A DNA stretch of 64,000 nucleotides from Octopus sinensis (taxonomy: Eukaryota). The translations under genes and the position numbers were made by a program. This document shows, in pieces, positions 36,402 through 49,426 of the stretch; the stretch's first letter is position 1; each line of letters starts with the position of its first letter. Below the pieces are notes generated by a model that saw nothing but the letters and a program-made list of their open reading frames with translations, did not search any database and was not told where the DNA came from. Location: contig NC_043000.1 of NCBI RefSeq assembly GCF_006345805.1, positions 17,980,001-18,044,000 of the forward strand, in the 5' to 3' direction.

Positions 36402-38616
36402 AAGTAGCTTGCTAACCAACCACATGGTTCCAAGTTCAGTCCCACTGCGTGGCATCTTGGGCAGGTGTCTTCTGCTATAGCCCCGGGCCGACCAATGCCT
36501 TGTGAGTGGATTTGGTAGACGGAAACTGAAAGAAGCCCGTCGTATATATATATGTGTGTGTGTGTGTGTGTTTGTGTTTGTCCCCCTAGCATTGCTTGAC
36601 AACCGATGCTGGTGTGTTTACGTCCCCGTCACTTAGCGGTTCGGCAAAAGAGACCGATAGAGTAAGTACTGGGCTTACAAAGAATAAGTCTCGGGGTTGA
36701 TTTGCTCGACTAAAGGCGGTGCTCCAGCATGGCCGCAGTCAAATGACTGAAACAAGTAAAAGAGTAAAGAGTTGTCCACCTTCAGTGCTTCCCATCATCA
36801 CAAACAGCAGACCAGAGCGCTTAGAATTATATGAAACGTTAAATCAAAATCCAGACTTATGAAAGAGCTCACATAATTAATTTGGTCAATATGTATGACT
36901 AGGAAACGCTGTCGCTGATTCTTGATGAAGCTTACAAGATTGAGGAGAATTCCTTCCTTCATCATCATCATCATTTAACGTCTGTTTTCCATGCTAGCAT
37001 GGGTTGGACGGTTCGACCGGGGTCTGGTAAGCCATGGAGGCTGCACCAGGCTCCAGTCTGATTTGGCATCTTGGGCAAGTGCCTTCTGCTATAGCCCTGG
37101 GCCGACCAATGCCTTGTGAGCGGATTTGGTAGACGGAAACTGAAAGAAGCCTGTCGTATATGTGTATATATATGTGTGTGTGTGTGTCTGTGTTTGTCCC
37201 CCTAGCATTGCTTGACAACCGATGCTGATGTGTTTACGTCCCCGTCACTTAGCGGTTCGGCAAAAGAGACCGATAGAATAAGTACTGGGCTTACAAAGAA
37301 TAAGTCCCGGGGTTGATTTGCTCGACTAAAGGCGGTGCTCCAGCATGGCCGCAATCAAATGACTGAAACAAGTAAAAGAGTATAGTTATTATATTGACAA
37401 TTACCAACATCTTGAAATATAAATTTTTCTGTTGTTAGTTTTAGAAAAATAAACATTTTCTAACAATTTAACAATTTAATTGCAACTGCCTTATTGCCAA
37501 CAGTTCCATACACATATATATATAGTTTTAAAGGTTCATTTACCAACAGCTTTGTTGGTAACTGGTTTATCATCAACAATTTTCATTTCATTATCAACAA
37601 TTATTTTATATTTGTTCCGTTACTAACAATTTTTTTAACAAGTTTCAAACAAGTTTTATTCCCAACACTTCAAACAACCCTTTCATTTACCAACAGTTTA
37701 ATAAAATTTTCAATTACAAACAGTTTAACATTGCTTTCATTAACAGCAGTTTAACATTGTAGTGCACCTGAGCACTGTACACAATGTTTATTATTATTAT
37801 TAACATCATTTTCATTAGCAACAATTTAACATCATTTTCATTAGCAGAAAGTTATTTTATTGCCAGTCCCATTATCAACAGTACTGACCCATCAATATCT
37901 GCCTGTTCTTTCCTTATACTATTATATTTCACCTCCAAAACTACTTTGTCTAATCTTTAAACACAGAACTATCTCCCTGACTTCCATACTTTTCAGCTTG
38001 GTCCAACCAATAAATAAAAAAAGCCTAAAACTGGCTTCAAAAACCACCAGATATTTTTTTAAACTGGTTCTCCTGACAAACACACGCTGGACACATCTGT
38101 TAAACTGTATACTCTCTCTCTCTTAAATTCAGTGATTTTGAGCTTGTTTTATCCAATGTGCTAATTCTTCAGACACAACCTCATTTTTAAAGTAGATCAG
38201 CAGTACAGAAAAAAAAAAATATTTATATAAATATCTGAGCTAAGTAATATTCCATTCTTAAGTAGAAGTCGAGCTCTTGTTCAATCTCCACACACATAAA
38301 ACACAATTTGCACTGGAATATGACGCTGAAGAAAATACACTGTGACAGAGGGAAAACTCTGATTAAGTTGCACCTCTAGCCTCTTTGTACTTCTTCATCC
38401 TCTCTCCCATCATCTTCAGCCAAATATGTTTGACATAGAACTCAAATTCTAGAACATCTCAGAGATCATAATCATGAGAACGATGATGATAGCATAGATA
38501 ACAATGATGAGAATGGTGATAATGATGACGGTAGGGGTTATGATGTTGAGATGAAATATGACAACAAACGTCTCCGAGAACATCACATAACTAAGTAACT
38601 GAGATTTTTGGAGTAG

Positions 38617-38809
38617 CTATGGAAGTCCCAGCATGTCAAGTAAGGAGTTCACTTTGACATTTAACCAGCTGACTTGTTGGGGAAGAAGTTCTGTTAGCCA
38701 ATCACTTGGAAGTTGAAGGTAACCAAGGCGACAACCAAGTATGGCTCCTGCTACACATGCATTGCTTGCACTGTCTCCACCTTCAAGAACCAAATCACTG
38801 ATGAATTCC
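38617..38809 (-). CDS. ADP-ribosylglycohydrolase-fold protein, terminal exon
   Basis: 193 bp; EFISDLVLEGGDSASNACVAGAILGCRLGYLQLPSDWLTELLPQQVSWLNVKVNSLLDMLGLP then TAG; matches the ARH C-terminal GGDxDTxxxxAGAxxG..P..W pattern. Confidence 0.93.
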
Positions 38810-39126
38810 CTGAAAGTAAAAGGAGATACATGACATTATTTGTGTTCACAATTGGTATAGAAGCACACAACAAACACTCACACATCACCATCGTCATAAT
38901 CAGTTTAATGCTTACATGGATCAAACAGAATTTGTTGAGACAGATTTTCTGTGGCTGGATGCCCTTCATGTCACCACTTGCTAGATAATATTTCACAATG
39001 GCTGGCCATGTTTACTCAAAAGACTGTAAAGCAGGCACATTGTTTCTATGATGGTGATGTTCATTTATAACTCATGCGATATCAAGACAAGGAGACACAA
39101 ACACTTACACCATATATATATATATA

Positions 39127-40255
39127 TCATCACCATCATCATCATCATTTAGCGTCCGCTTTCCATGCTAGCATGGGTTGGACGGTTCAACTGGGGTCTG
39201 GGAAGCCAGAAGGCTGCACCAGGCCCAGTCTGATCTGGCAATGTTTCTACGGCTGGATGCCCTTCCTAACGCCAACCACTCCGTGAGTGTAGTGGGTGCT
39301 TTTTACGTGCCACCCGCACAGGTGCCAGACGGGGCTGGCAAACGGCCACGGACGGATGGTGCTTTTTAATTGCCACTGGCACGGGAACCAGGCGAGGCTG
39401 GCAACGGCCAAGATCGGATGGTGCTTTTTACATGCCACCAGCACGGTGGCCAGTCGGGGCGGCACTGGCAATGGACACGGTCGGGTGGTGCTTTTTACGT
39501 GTCACTGGCACGGAGGCCAGGCGAGGCTGGCACCAGCCACGATTGGATGGTGCTTTTTACGTGCCACCGGCATGGAGGCCAGTCGGGGCGGTGCTGGCAA
39601 CGGACATGGTCGGGTGGTGCTTTTTACGTGCCACCGGTGAGGCTGGCAACGGCCACGATTGGATGGTGCTTTTTACATGCCACCGGCATGGAGGCCAGTC
39701 GGGGAGGCGCTGGCCACGGCCACTATCGCTGGCCACGGCCACTATCGGGCCACTGCCACTATCGTAATATATATATATATACATACATACACACATACAT
39801 ATATCATCGTTTAACATCCGCTTTCCATGCTAGCATGGGTTGCACGATTTGACTGAGTACTGGCAAACCAGATGGCTGCACCAGGCTCCAATCTGATCTG
39901 ACAGAGTTTCTACAGCCAGATGCCCTTCCTAATGCCAACCACTGAGAGTGTAGTGGGTGCTTTTACGTGTCACAGGCACAAGGCCCAGTCAGGCAGTACT
40001 GGCAACGGCCACACTCAAATTGTGCTTTTTATGTGCCACCTGCACAGGACCCAGTCCAGTGACACTGGCAACAACCTCCCTCGAATGCTTTTTATGCGCA
40101 CTGGCACAAGTGCCAGTATGCGACGCTGGTAACGATCATGTTTGAATGGTGCTTTTTACGTATCACCGGCACGGAAACCAGTCAGCTGCTCTGGCATCGA
40201 TCACGCTCGGATGGTGCTATTAGCACCCCACTGGCACGGGTGCCAGTCATCGAAT
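39127..40255 (-). mobile_element. Two adjacent RTE 3' UTR repeats with expanded internal arrays
   Basis: Two (CAT)n-tailed copies (about 39127-39765 and 39803-40255) with about 7 and 5 GGTGCTTTTTACGTGCCAC units. Confidence 0.85.
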
Positions 40256-40308
40256 TTGCGAATTGGATTATCATCATTTAATGTGAGCTTTTCATGCTGG
40301 CATGGTTC

Positions 40309-40417
40309 AATAATCCTTGGATAGAATTTATAAATATTTTAATGCATCACTACGCACATTTCCACAAATCACATGGTGATTCATTAAAATATTTATAAAT
40401 TCCATCTAAGGATTATT
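40309..40417. repeat. Inverted repeat, 42-bp arms with 25-nt spacer
   Basis: 40309-40350 is the reverse complement of 40376-40417 with 3 mismatches. Confidence 0.9.
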
Positions 40418-40738
40418 ACTATGATTATTACTACATTTATCCTACAATATATTGGCACAGCTCAGTGCGACCCCAAAAAACTGGAATCATTAGGTCGTAA
40501 CCAGCTTAATAGAACAGGAACTTTTATATGCATATTCAAAACATTTGCCATAAATGAACTTAAAAGATATAATTAATTAATTATGGCTGTGTGGTAAGTA
40601 GCTTCCTAACCAACCACAGGGTTGTGGGTTCAGTCCCACTGCGTGGAATCTTGGGCAAGTGTCTTCTGCTATAGCCCCGGGCCGACCAATGCCTTGTGAG
40701 TGGATTTGGTAGACGGAAACTGAAAGAAGCCTGTCGTA

Positions 40739-40786
<48 letters not shown>

Positions 40787-41276
40787 GTGTATGTGTGTGT
40801 GTGTTTGTGTGTATGTGTTTGTGTGTATGTGTTTGTCCCCCTAGCATTGCTTGACAACCGATGCTGGTGTGTTTACGTCCCCGTCACTTAGCGGTTCGGC
40901 AAAAGAGACCGATAAAATAAGTACTGGGCTTACAAAGAATAAGTCCCGGGGTCGATTTGCTCGACTAAAGGCAGTGCTCCAGCATGGCCGCAGTCAAATG
41001 ACTGAAACAAGTAAAAGAGTAAAAAAAAAAGAGTATGTACACACACACACAACTGGCTTTTGTTCAGTTTCCATGTAGAAAATCTACTGAGAAGGCTTTG
41101 GTCAACCCAGGGATGGAGTCAAAGACACTTGTCCAAGGTGCCTTGCAGTATGACTGAACACAAAAACCATGTAGTTGAACAGAAAACTTCTTAGCCATGC
41201 TTGCAACTATTATTCTCTATGAAAGACTAGTATTCTATCAAGAAGTGATTTGTCTCTAAATTATCATATTACTAAC

Positions 41277-41867
41277 TGTGCCGGTGGCACATAAAAAGCA
41301 ACATCCGAACGTGGCCGTTGCCAGTGCCGCCTCGACTGGCTTTTGTGCTGGTGGCACATAAAAAGCCCCATCTGAACGTGGCCGATGCCAGCCCCGCCTC
41401 GACTGGCTTCTGTGCCAGTGGCACATAAAAAGCACCATCCAAACGTGGCTGATGCCAGCACCGCCTCGACTGGCTTCTGTGCCGGTGGCACATAAAAAGC
41501 ACCATCCGAATGTGACCGATGCCAACCCCGCCTCGAATGGCTTCCGTGCCGGTGGCACATAAAAAGCACCATCCGAACGTGGCCGATGCCAGCGTCGCCT
41601 CGACTGGCTTCTGTGCCAGTGGCACATAAAAAGCACCATCCAAACGTGGCTGATGCCAGCACCGCCTCGACTGGCTTCTGTGCCGGTGGCACATAAAAAG
41701 CACCCACTGCACTCGCGGGGTGGTTGGCGTTAGGAAGGGCATCCAGCTGTAGAAACACTGCCAGATCAGACTGGAGCCTGGTGCAGCCTCTGGCTCCCCA
41801 GACCCCGGTTGAACTGTCCAACCCGTGCTAGCGCGGAAAACGGACGCTAAACGATGATGATGATGAT
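41277..41867 (+). mobile_element. RTE 3' UTR repeat with about seven homogeneous 59-60 bp units
   Basis: Repeated GTGCCGGTGGCACATAAAAAGCACCATCCGAACGTGGCCGATGCCAGC..CGCCTCGACTGGCTT; (GAT)n tail at right. Confidence 0.9.
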
Positions 41868-42233
41868 AACTGTATTAACCCAAAAGGTTTATGAAATGAC
41901 TTACAGATGAGCTTAGGTGAAAACCTTAGTCGGGCTATTCAGAGATTATAAGTGGAAATATATAATCCTTTCAGCTATAGGCACAAGGCCTGAAATTTAG
42001 GGAGGATGGAGTTAGTCAATTACTGTGACCTGGTGCCCAGACGGTACTTATTTTAGCAACCTACTAAGAATAAAAGGCAAAGTTGACCTCAGTGGATTTT
42101 GAACTCAGAGCATAAAAATGGGATGAAGTTCCACTAAGTATTTTGTCTGGTGTTCTAACAATTCTGCCAGCTTGCTGCCTTGAAATAAAATTTATATTGT
42201 GAGACAGACCTTAAGCTAAAAACAAAAATTCAC

Positions 42234-42323
42234 CTGTATCCTTTTGTGGTTTTCACAGCAAGTGCAGCACATCCCAAAGGTTTATAAGTATGTGTCATTT
42301 TTTTCTCCTCACGAATGTTCAAA
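42234..42323 (-). CDS. ADP-ribosylglycohydrolase-fold protein exon
   Basis: 90 bp CAG/GTGAAT, phase 2-2; LNIREEKKMTHTYKPLGCAALAVKTTKGY(R). Confidence 0.87.
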
Positions 42324-43041
42324 CTGCAATAAAAAAAAAAAAAAAATAGAAAATCAACTTTTTTTTTTTAGCATAGAAGCAAAACTGTTATTTTTATCTA
42401 TTAAAAAAAAATTTTTTTTTGCTTTTACAACTTTGATTCTCAGCATTATTTTTATGTTCACTTTCCATACTGGCATGGGTTAAATGGATTGCCATGATCT
42501 CAGTGAGTTCTTGTTTGTAACAGCTCTGAGGTTCACATCTCACTTGTACATAGTATTTTTGCAGGGCTTCTGTGACTGGATGCCCTTCATAAAAATAACT
42601 ATTTTATACAATGAATTGGATATATTACTGTGCTGCAAGCATTCAATTCTAATTCCAAACCATTTAAATTTTGCAATAAAACAAGGCTATCATCCTCTTC
42701 TTACATAGTCTGTAGCAAGCTGATCCAAACTTAATTTTTTTTTTGACACTTAAAATTATGTTCATCATTATCATTAACATCTACTTTTCCCTGCTTGCTA
42801 GGGCTGGTTGAAATATACCGAGACAGATTTTCTACAACCAGAGACCTTTCCTGGTGCCAACCCTTATTTTTTTCCTAGTAAGGTAATTTTAACCCATGGC
42901 AGAACAGGATGTCAGACAAGGACACACACACACACACATTATGGACTTCTTTCAGCTTCTGTCTACCAAATCTACTCACCCGACCTATTGCCAAAAGTAA
43001 GCTGTGTGGTTAAGAAGCTTGCTTTGCAATTATATACTTAC

Positions 43042-43178
43042 CTTTTTAAAGATGTAACACTTAAAACCGACTCAAATTCATTGCTTTGTTCATCAGTTTT
43101 TAAATATGGATTGGCATGGAAAGCAGATGTGTTTAATAGGGCTCGGACAGACCCCATATTGTTCAAGTCATGAGAACC
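43042..43178 (-). CDS. ADP-ribosylglycohydrolase-fold protein exon
   Basis: 137 bp CAG/GTAAGT, phase 0-2, open; GSHDLNNMGSVRALLNTSAFHANPYLKTDEQSNEFESVLSVTSLK(S). Confidence 0.85.
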
Positions 43179-43817
43179 CTGTACAAAGAACAGAAGTTAA
43201 TTTAGCGTTATGAAAGAAAATCTAGAGTTTTTGTTGGGTTACCCCACTCAGCTATAAGGTATAGAAGCATAGGATCAAATAAACCACTCTATTAAGGTTT
43301 CCAGCTAAAACCATTTCATATTTAATTGTTTTCAACAGAAATTATCATTTCTAGTACACATGCTTCGCACTTGGAGATTTAAACCCAGATGACAAAAGCT
43401 GACACCAATAACATACTTCTCTCCAATAAAATAGTGAACCATATCATACTATGATATATATATATTTGCAGTAAGACCAACTGTGCTATCAAGGCTTAAA
43501 TGACTTAGTTAAGGGTCTGGCATAGTACTGGTCATACAACAAGTAACATAGACAGGTTCTAAAGTTAGCGGGAGTGGGGCACATAAGCAAAAAAGCGCCA
43601 CAACACACACCAAACATTTAAAAACTAATTTCTCTTATATTACATGAAGTATTTCATTAGTCATAATACATGAGATTGTAGTCTCTACATTCATTAATTT
43701 CATGTTGCAGTGACAATATCATTATGTATGAAACTTAGAACTACTGACATTGGTGTGATTTGAAAACGATGAAACTTTATGAGATTGTCCAATGTCAAAA
43801 GGTTATGACGTCAGAGT

Positions 43818-44060
43818 TTAAGTTAAGTTAATTTTTTGGCTCAAAAAGCAAGGCCATGTAGGAGGATTAGGAGTTATGTACAGGGAGGGTGTTCATGCAA
43901 AGAGTTCAGGCCATTTCTGGTCAAGAGAGAGTTTGAACCGAGTGGTCATCGGCATCTTCACTATCTTGTCCGGCAGCCTATTCCATGGATCTGCAACCCG
44001 GACGGAGAAAGCACCTCTCCTTCAATTGAGATGAAATCGTCGCAGATAGAGCTTTTTTGA
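43818..44060 (-). mobile_element. CR1-like LINE 3' fragment, second family
   Basis: Minus strand reads KKLYLRRFHLN*RRGAFSVRVADPWNRLPDKIV...FKLSLD, the CR1 ORF2 C-terminal pattern. Confidence 0.75.
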
Positions 44061-44514
44061 GCTTTAGGGTTTGTTTTGGTTCTTCAGATGTCAGTGGCAA
44101 CTTACGCATTACGGGAAACTGAGCGGACAGTTAAAAAACACTGGAAGTTGGTCAAAAAAAATAATGACTCTAGGAAGTTCTTCTAAGGTCATGAGATTAA
44201 AAAAAAAATTGACTATTATCACACAAGTGAACTAAAGAGTTAAAAAGAAAATTGCTGGAAAGGTGCCAATTTTGAAAATGTGCTTGGCAGGGTGTGGTCA
44301 CTCCCCTTGCTCCCCTATAAGCTATGCCACTGCATACAGTATAAACCACCAACAGTTCGAGTCAGTCGTCTGACACCATCCTTACTTGGAGAGATGTCAT
44401 TTTCAATAGATATTAACACAAATGTCTAAATTCTAACTAACAGCTAACCCATGCTATGAGCAATAGTTAAGACAAGTGGTTTAATAACAACAAAACAAAA
44501 AACCAGGTACTTAC

Positions 44515-44645
44515 TTGTAACAGTAAAGCAATAATAACAGTAATGGCAATACAGGAAGCAATGCATTCTGGGTGATTGTGAGACGAGCGACATATGCGTA
44601 CAGAATTGTTGGCAACTTCAGACAGATTATAGAAAAAAGGGACAC
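44515..44645 (-). CDS. ADP-ribosylglycohydrolase-fold protein exon
   Basis: 131 bp CAG/GTAAGT; (G)VPFFYNLSEVANNSVRICRSSHNHPECIASCIAITVIIALLLQ (THxxP-like motif). Confidence 0.92.
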
Positions 44646-44810
44646 CTGCAATAAGGTACAAATCCAAATGTTTACTCAGTATTTGTTTATTTTCTATTGT
44701 TTATCATAAATTCTATCTTTGAATCAACCCTTCCTTGGGACAAAGGAGTAGCCAGCACCCTACAGCCTAAAGTCTGAGGTCACCCAATTATTTAACATTA
44801 AAAAATTTAA

Positions 44811-45028
44811 CCTTTCAGCATCCAGATTACTCTGTCTAGTGTAATGCTTATTTATTCACGTTGATTTGAATTAATCATGCATTATCTCATAGCTTTGAAA
44901 TTTTGATGATGTGATTGTTTATTTTTAGAATGACATTGTAGGGTGTGTGTGAGGTTTGATATGGCTGGTTTTAACATAAAATGGGTGGGATAATTGAGCT
45001 GGATATGGCTAGTTTAAATGCTAAGGGG
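44811..45028. mobile_element. TTAA-flanked MITE copy
   Basis: TTAA|CCTTTCAGCAT ... ATGCTAAGGGG|TTAA, same interior as 62910-63130. Confidence 0.8.
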
Positions 45029-45190
45029 TTAAGTCTCCCACTTATCTAACTCATCTACCTGTCTACAAACTGTATCACCTGTCTTAACTGTTAATCATTT
45101 AAATTCCAAGAAGCTATTCTCTTGTTGAACCAATGAATCAAAACACAGCCACAAGTGTTCATTTATCAGTAAGATATGAACCCTGCTTAG

Positions 45191-45525
45191 TGAAGGTGCA
45201 TGGCTCAGTGGTTAGAGCATCGAGCTTACGATCGTGAGGTTGTGAGCTCAAATCCTGGACCGGGCTGCGTGTTGTGTTCTTGAGCAAGGCACTTTATTTC
45301 ACGTTGCTCCAGTTCATTCAGCTGTAGAAATGAGTTGCGACGTCACTGGTGCCAAGCTGTATCGACCTTTGTATTTCCCTTGGATAACACTGGTGGCATG
45401 GAGGGGAGGCCGGTATGCATGGGCGACTGCTGGTCTTCCATAAACAACCTTGCCCAGACTTGTGCCTAGAAGGGTAACTTTTGAGGTGCAATCCCATGGT
45501 CTGTGTCGTGACCGAAGGGGGTCTC
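45191..45525 (+). mobile_element. tRNA-derived SINE, family D
   Basis: TGAAGGTGCATGGCTCAGTGGTTAGAGC head; homolog at about 57341-57685. Confidence 0.8.
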
Positions 45526-48013
45526 AGATTATGAACCCTCCAAGTGTTACTGTTATTTAGCCCTAGGTCAAATCTGACTGAGCAGACGTATGATCAAATG
45601 CATTTGATCATGACCATCCATTCTTATTTTTTCAGTTATCTAGAACTGCATCAGCCAGAGTGTTATTTTCTTAAAGACAGTAAAGTGTAATTTGGAGGAG
45701 ATTTAGTTACAATCAAGTAGATCAAGTGACCATGTAGAGATTTTCTTGTTGTCTTGTGAACCCCCAAGTAATTACTGCTAGAGACCAACTTCAGCTATCT
45801 ACCGGTGAAAATGCTCACTATTGTTACCCTGTTACCAGGTAGTTGCTTCCTCTCTCAGTCTTCACTCAAGTTGGTTCTAGAAGCCTGATTAGACATAGGT
45901 TTAACTTATCTTTATCATGCTCCACACCTCTCTTCTTTATTTTATCATCATTTCCCCTCTCTGAAAATGTGCTAAACTGTAACTATACCGATTTATAAAA
46001 TAGGGCATACAGCCTCAGATTTGGGGGAGAGATAGAGTCAATTATATTGACATCCAGTATTTGACTTGTACTCTATTTCATTGATCCTGGAAAGATGAAG
46101 GACAAAATTGACCTCAACATAGATTGAACTCAGAACATAAAGGATCATAACTAAACACTACTGGGCACTTTTACAACTACTCTAACAATTCTGCCAACCT
46201 ACCATCTTTGAATGGAACATTAAAAGTGAAATGCCACCTGAATCTTGAGGAGCTTTTCAGGGTCAGTGCTTGGCTCTGGTTTAATGATGTAAAGTGAATG
46301 ACATAAATACACCCCTGAGTATGATATCAGTTTATCACAGGTAACATATCCAGGTAATCTAGAATCTCTTCCCTCAGTGGCAAGGATTAAATGAGGTAGT
46401 GTAGAATAATGTCACAGATCCAGAAACACAACAGATTATCATCATCATCATCATCATCGTTTAGCGTCTGCTTTCTATGCTGGCATGGGTTGGACGGTTC
46501 AACTGGGGTCTGAGAAGCCAGAAGGCTGCACCAAGCCCAGTCTGATCTGGCAATGTTTCTACGGCTGGATGCCCTTCCTAACGCCAACCACTCCATGAGT
46601 GTAGTGGGTGCTTTTTACGTGCCACCGGCACAGGTGCCAGACGAGGCTGGCAAACGGCCATGATCGGATGGTGCTTTTTATGTGCCACCGGCATGGAGGC
46701 CAGGCGAGGCTGGCAATGGCCACGATCGGATGGTGCTTTTTACGTGCCATAAATCTTCTCTGGATAGGTGCCTAATCTACATAGGTGATCTACCTAGATA
46801 ATTTAGAGCTTATTCCAAAATCTAGGATAAACTCTAGTAATGTAGAATAAAGTGCCCTGTCCAGAGACAATGAAGCACATAGACTGGATTTGAATTTATG
46901 ACTTAGTTCCTTCAGCTATCTTACATATATCTTGCTTTGTGGGTAAATGCACTAAAATTATAATGGCAGGGACAATAATATCCTACATACAACAAATCCT
47001 TAACAAAAGAAAGCAACACAGAAAATACATTAAGAGCATTAAATTAATCATCACCCTCTAGACATTAGACAATAAAAAGCAAGATAAGAAACCAGAAACA
47101 TTACATGCACACACACACACACACACGACATAAGCCTGTCAATAGAAATAGCACAGGAAGCATATATAGAATTAGCAAACGATATAGTAAAAACATTTCA
47201 GGTTAGCTGAGAATGCATTTAAAGCTAGATTCACACAACACACACATTTATTGTGGTCTTGATATAAATGTAATATAACATTCCTTTTGAAATATATCTG
47301 GTTTCTGAAAGACAGAAGGAAAAGGAACCCCGCATAAGAAGACACAAAGACCTGGCATATAATGATTGTGGTACTATGCATATCAGGCCACATTTTGAAG
47401 AGAGAAGAAACCTTTCTATCATACCTCCATGTAAAGACTTCAATTATTTTCCTGTACAAGTTATGTAATTTTGAACTGGTTGAACAACCAACATTCAACA
47501 CATGAGGTAGTAAGAGGTTCAACTTGTAAGATCAAGTTTTAATTTCAGGGAGATGTTACTCAGTCTAACGAATCAAGTACAGATACCCATCTTTGAAAGA
47601 AAAAGAAAATTTAGTTTGCCATCAAAATATTGCTATTAATTCAAGCAAAGTTGCTTCCCTTTATGACGCTCTCTTGGCATAGCTCTCAGATTCATTGAGG
47701 CGCACATAAACCACAATACTGCAACGAGGACTGGACTTTGTGGTGGTAATCACATACTAGGATTCATTCAATTATCTCTAGTCCTCATTTATAAATCCCT
47801 GACCTTGTGTTCATATATGACATCATCTTTAACACTGTAGCAGAAATGAAAACTAGGCATTTGGATTCACTTATGCCTCAATAGGGGGAATTAATATATT
47901 AATGTCAAAAACCGCCTGACATAAGTATATTGTCTCTACAGGACCTTAAATTAAAACTGTAATTAGGGTTTCATCAAGAGGTATGGAGTAGAATCATGAC
48001 ATAACAGGTTTAC

Positions 48014-48200
48014 CTAGGACAGCAGCTCGGACAACAGCTGAGTTGTCATTGAAGAAATATTCATCTGGTGGAGTGATTATGCAAGGGTTCAAAGTGCAGT
48101 TTTCTGTTGTAGAGTTGATGGGGTCTTGAAGATAGCCCTCTTGTAAAACAGCTTCAGCTGCTAAATGTGGGTCATCCTCAAAGGACTGCTGTTTGAGGAC
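48014..48200 (-). CDS. ADP-ribosylglycohydrolase-fold protein exon
   Basis: 187 bp; VLKQQSFEDDPHLAAEAVLQEG...NDNSAVVRAAVL(G), a variant of the NGAxMR motif; GTAAAC donor. Confidence 0.9.
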
Positions 48201-48539
48201 CTTCAAATATAAAGACATTTTAAAAACAATATATTCTATTCTATTTAAAATGTAAGAGATTTACTATCACTAGGCGGGTGAGCTGGCAGAAACGTTAGTA
48301 CGCTGGGCGAAAAGCGTAGCCGTATTTCGTCTGCCGTTACATTCTGCGTTCAAATTCCGCTGAGGTCGACTTTGCCTTTCATCCTTTCGGGGTCAATAAC
48401 TTAAGTACCAGTTACGCACTGGGTTCGATGTAATCGACTTAGTCCGTTTGTCTGTCCTTGTTAGTCCCCTGTGTTTAGCCCCTTATGGGTAGTAAAGAAA
48501 TATATTTTACTCAAAATATACTTCTTTTTTTATAGAGCA

Positions 48540-48925
48540 CTAGCAGTATCGCCCGGCGTTGCTCGGGTTTGTAAGGGAAATAACTATATAAGCATTTTTA
48601 GAGAGTTATAGCCAAAAAATAGCAAAAAATGCATTAAAAATGGAAAAAAAATGATGGTAAATTTTTTTAAATCGTTGACTCATCATAGACATTTTTAGAG
48701 AGTTACTTCCCTTATATAATAGCGAAAAATGCATTAAAATGGAAAAAAATGATGGTAAATTTTTTTAAAATCGTAGACGTGTGCTAATACCCAGAAGGGC
48801 TCGATATGAATCACAACTATAAGATACCCGGTTTTGGTTAAACTGCACCACAAAATGTGGGAGTAGTTAGGAATCTAAATCGTAGGAGACAGACAGACAC
48901 ACAACTTCACTTTTATATATAAAGA
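48540..48925 (-). mobile_element. Non-autonomous Helitron, same family as 18330-18828
   Basis: Same termini in reverse orientation; two internal units. Confidence 0.88.
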
Positions 48926-49282
48926 TTTGTGGGAAGTTTGGCAATTATTTCTAGCAGATTGAGCAACAGCATAGAGACTGTCATTAGCTTATAATCTACA
49001 AGTGATGACCTCATCATCATCATCATCATCGTCGTCGTTTAACGTCTGCTTTCCATGCTGGCATAGGTTGGATGGTTTGACTGAGGGCTAGCAAGCCAGA
49101 AGGCTGTACCAGGCCCCACTCCCATCAATTAGCAATAATTAGAGTTAGTATTAGTACTAGTCTAACAGTAACACAATTGATAATTATATAAAATTCATAC
49201 ATGTTGAGATTTTATAAGACCTCATCAAATTCTAGTTTCAATGAAATGAAAATTTTCAAGGGGTCAGGGAAACAATACAGAC

Positions 49283-49426
49283 CTCTTGGATCGTAAAACT
49301 GGAAACAGTTCCTTTGGTATCATTCAGCTCTGGAAAACCATGTTTAGACCAATATTTCAAACGTTTGGAGAAATCCAGCTCATCAATTACTCCAGCCCAA
49401 GCAATTAGTGAATCCAGGACTAAAAC
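49283..49426 (-). CDS. ADP-ribosylglycohydrolase-fold protein exon
   Basis: 144 bp phase 0-0; VLVLDSLIAWAGVIDELDFSKRLKYWSKHGFPELNDTKGTVSSFTIQE. Confidence 0.92.

Noticed and set aside
41277-41705. Regular about 60-bp repeats resembling a CRISPR array
   Set aside because: Intervening sequences are near-identical rather than unique spacers, there are no cas genes, the context is eukaryotic, and the array is part of a LINE 3' UTR
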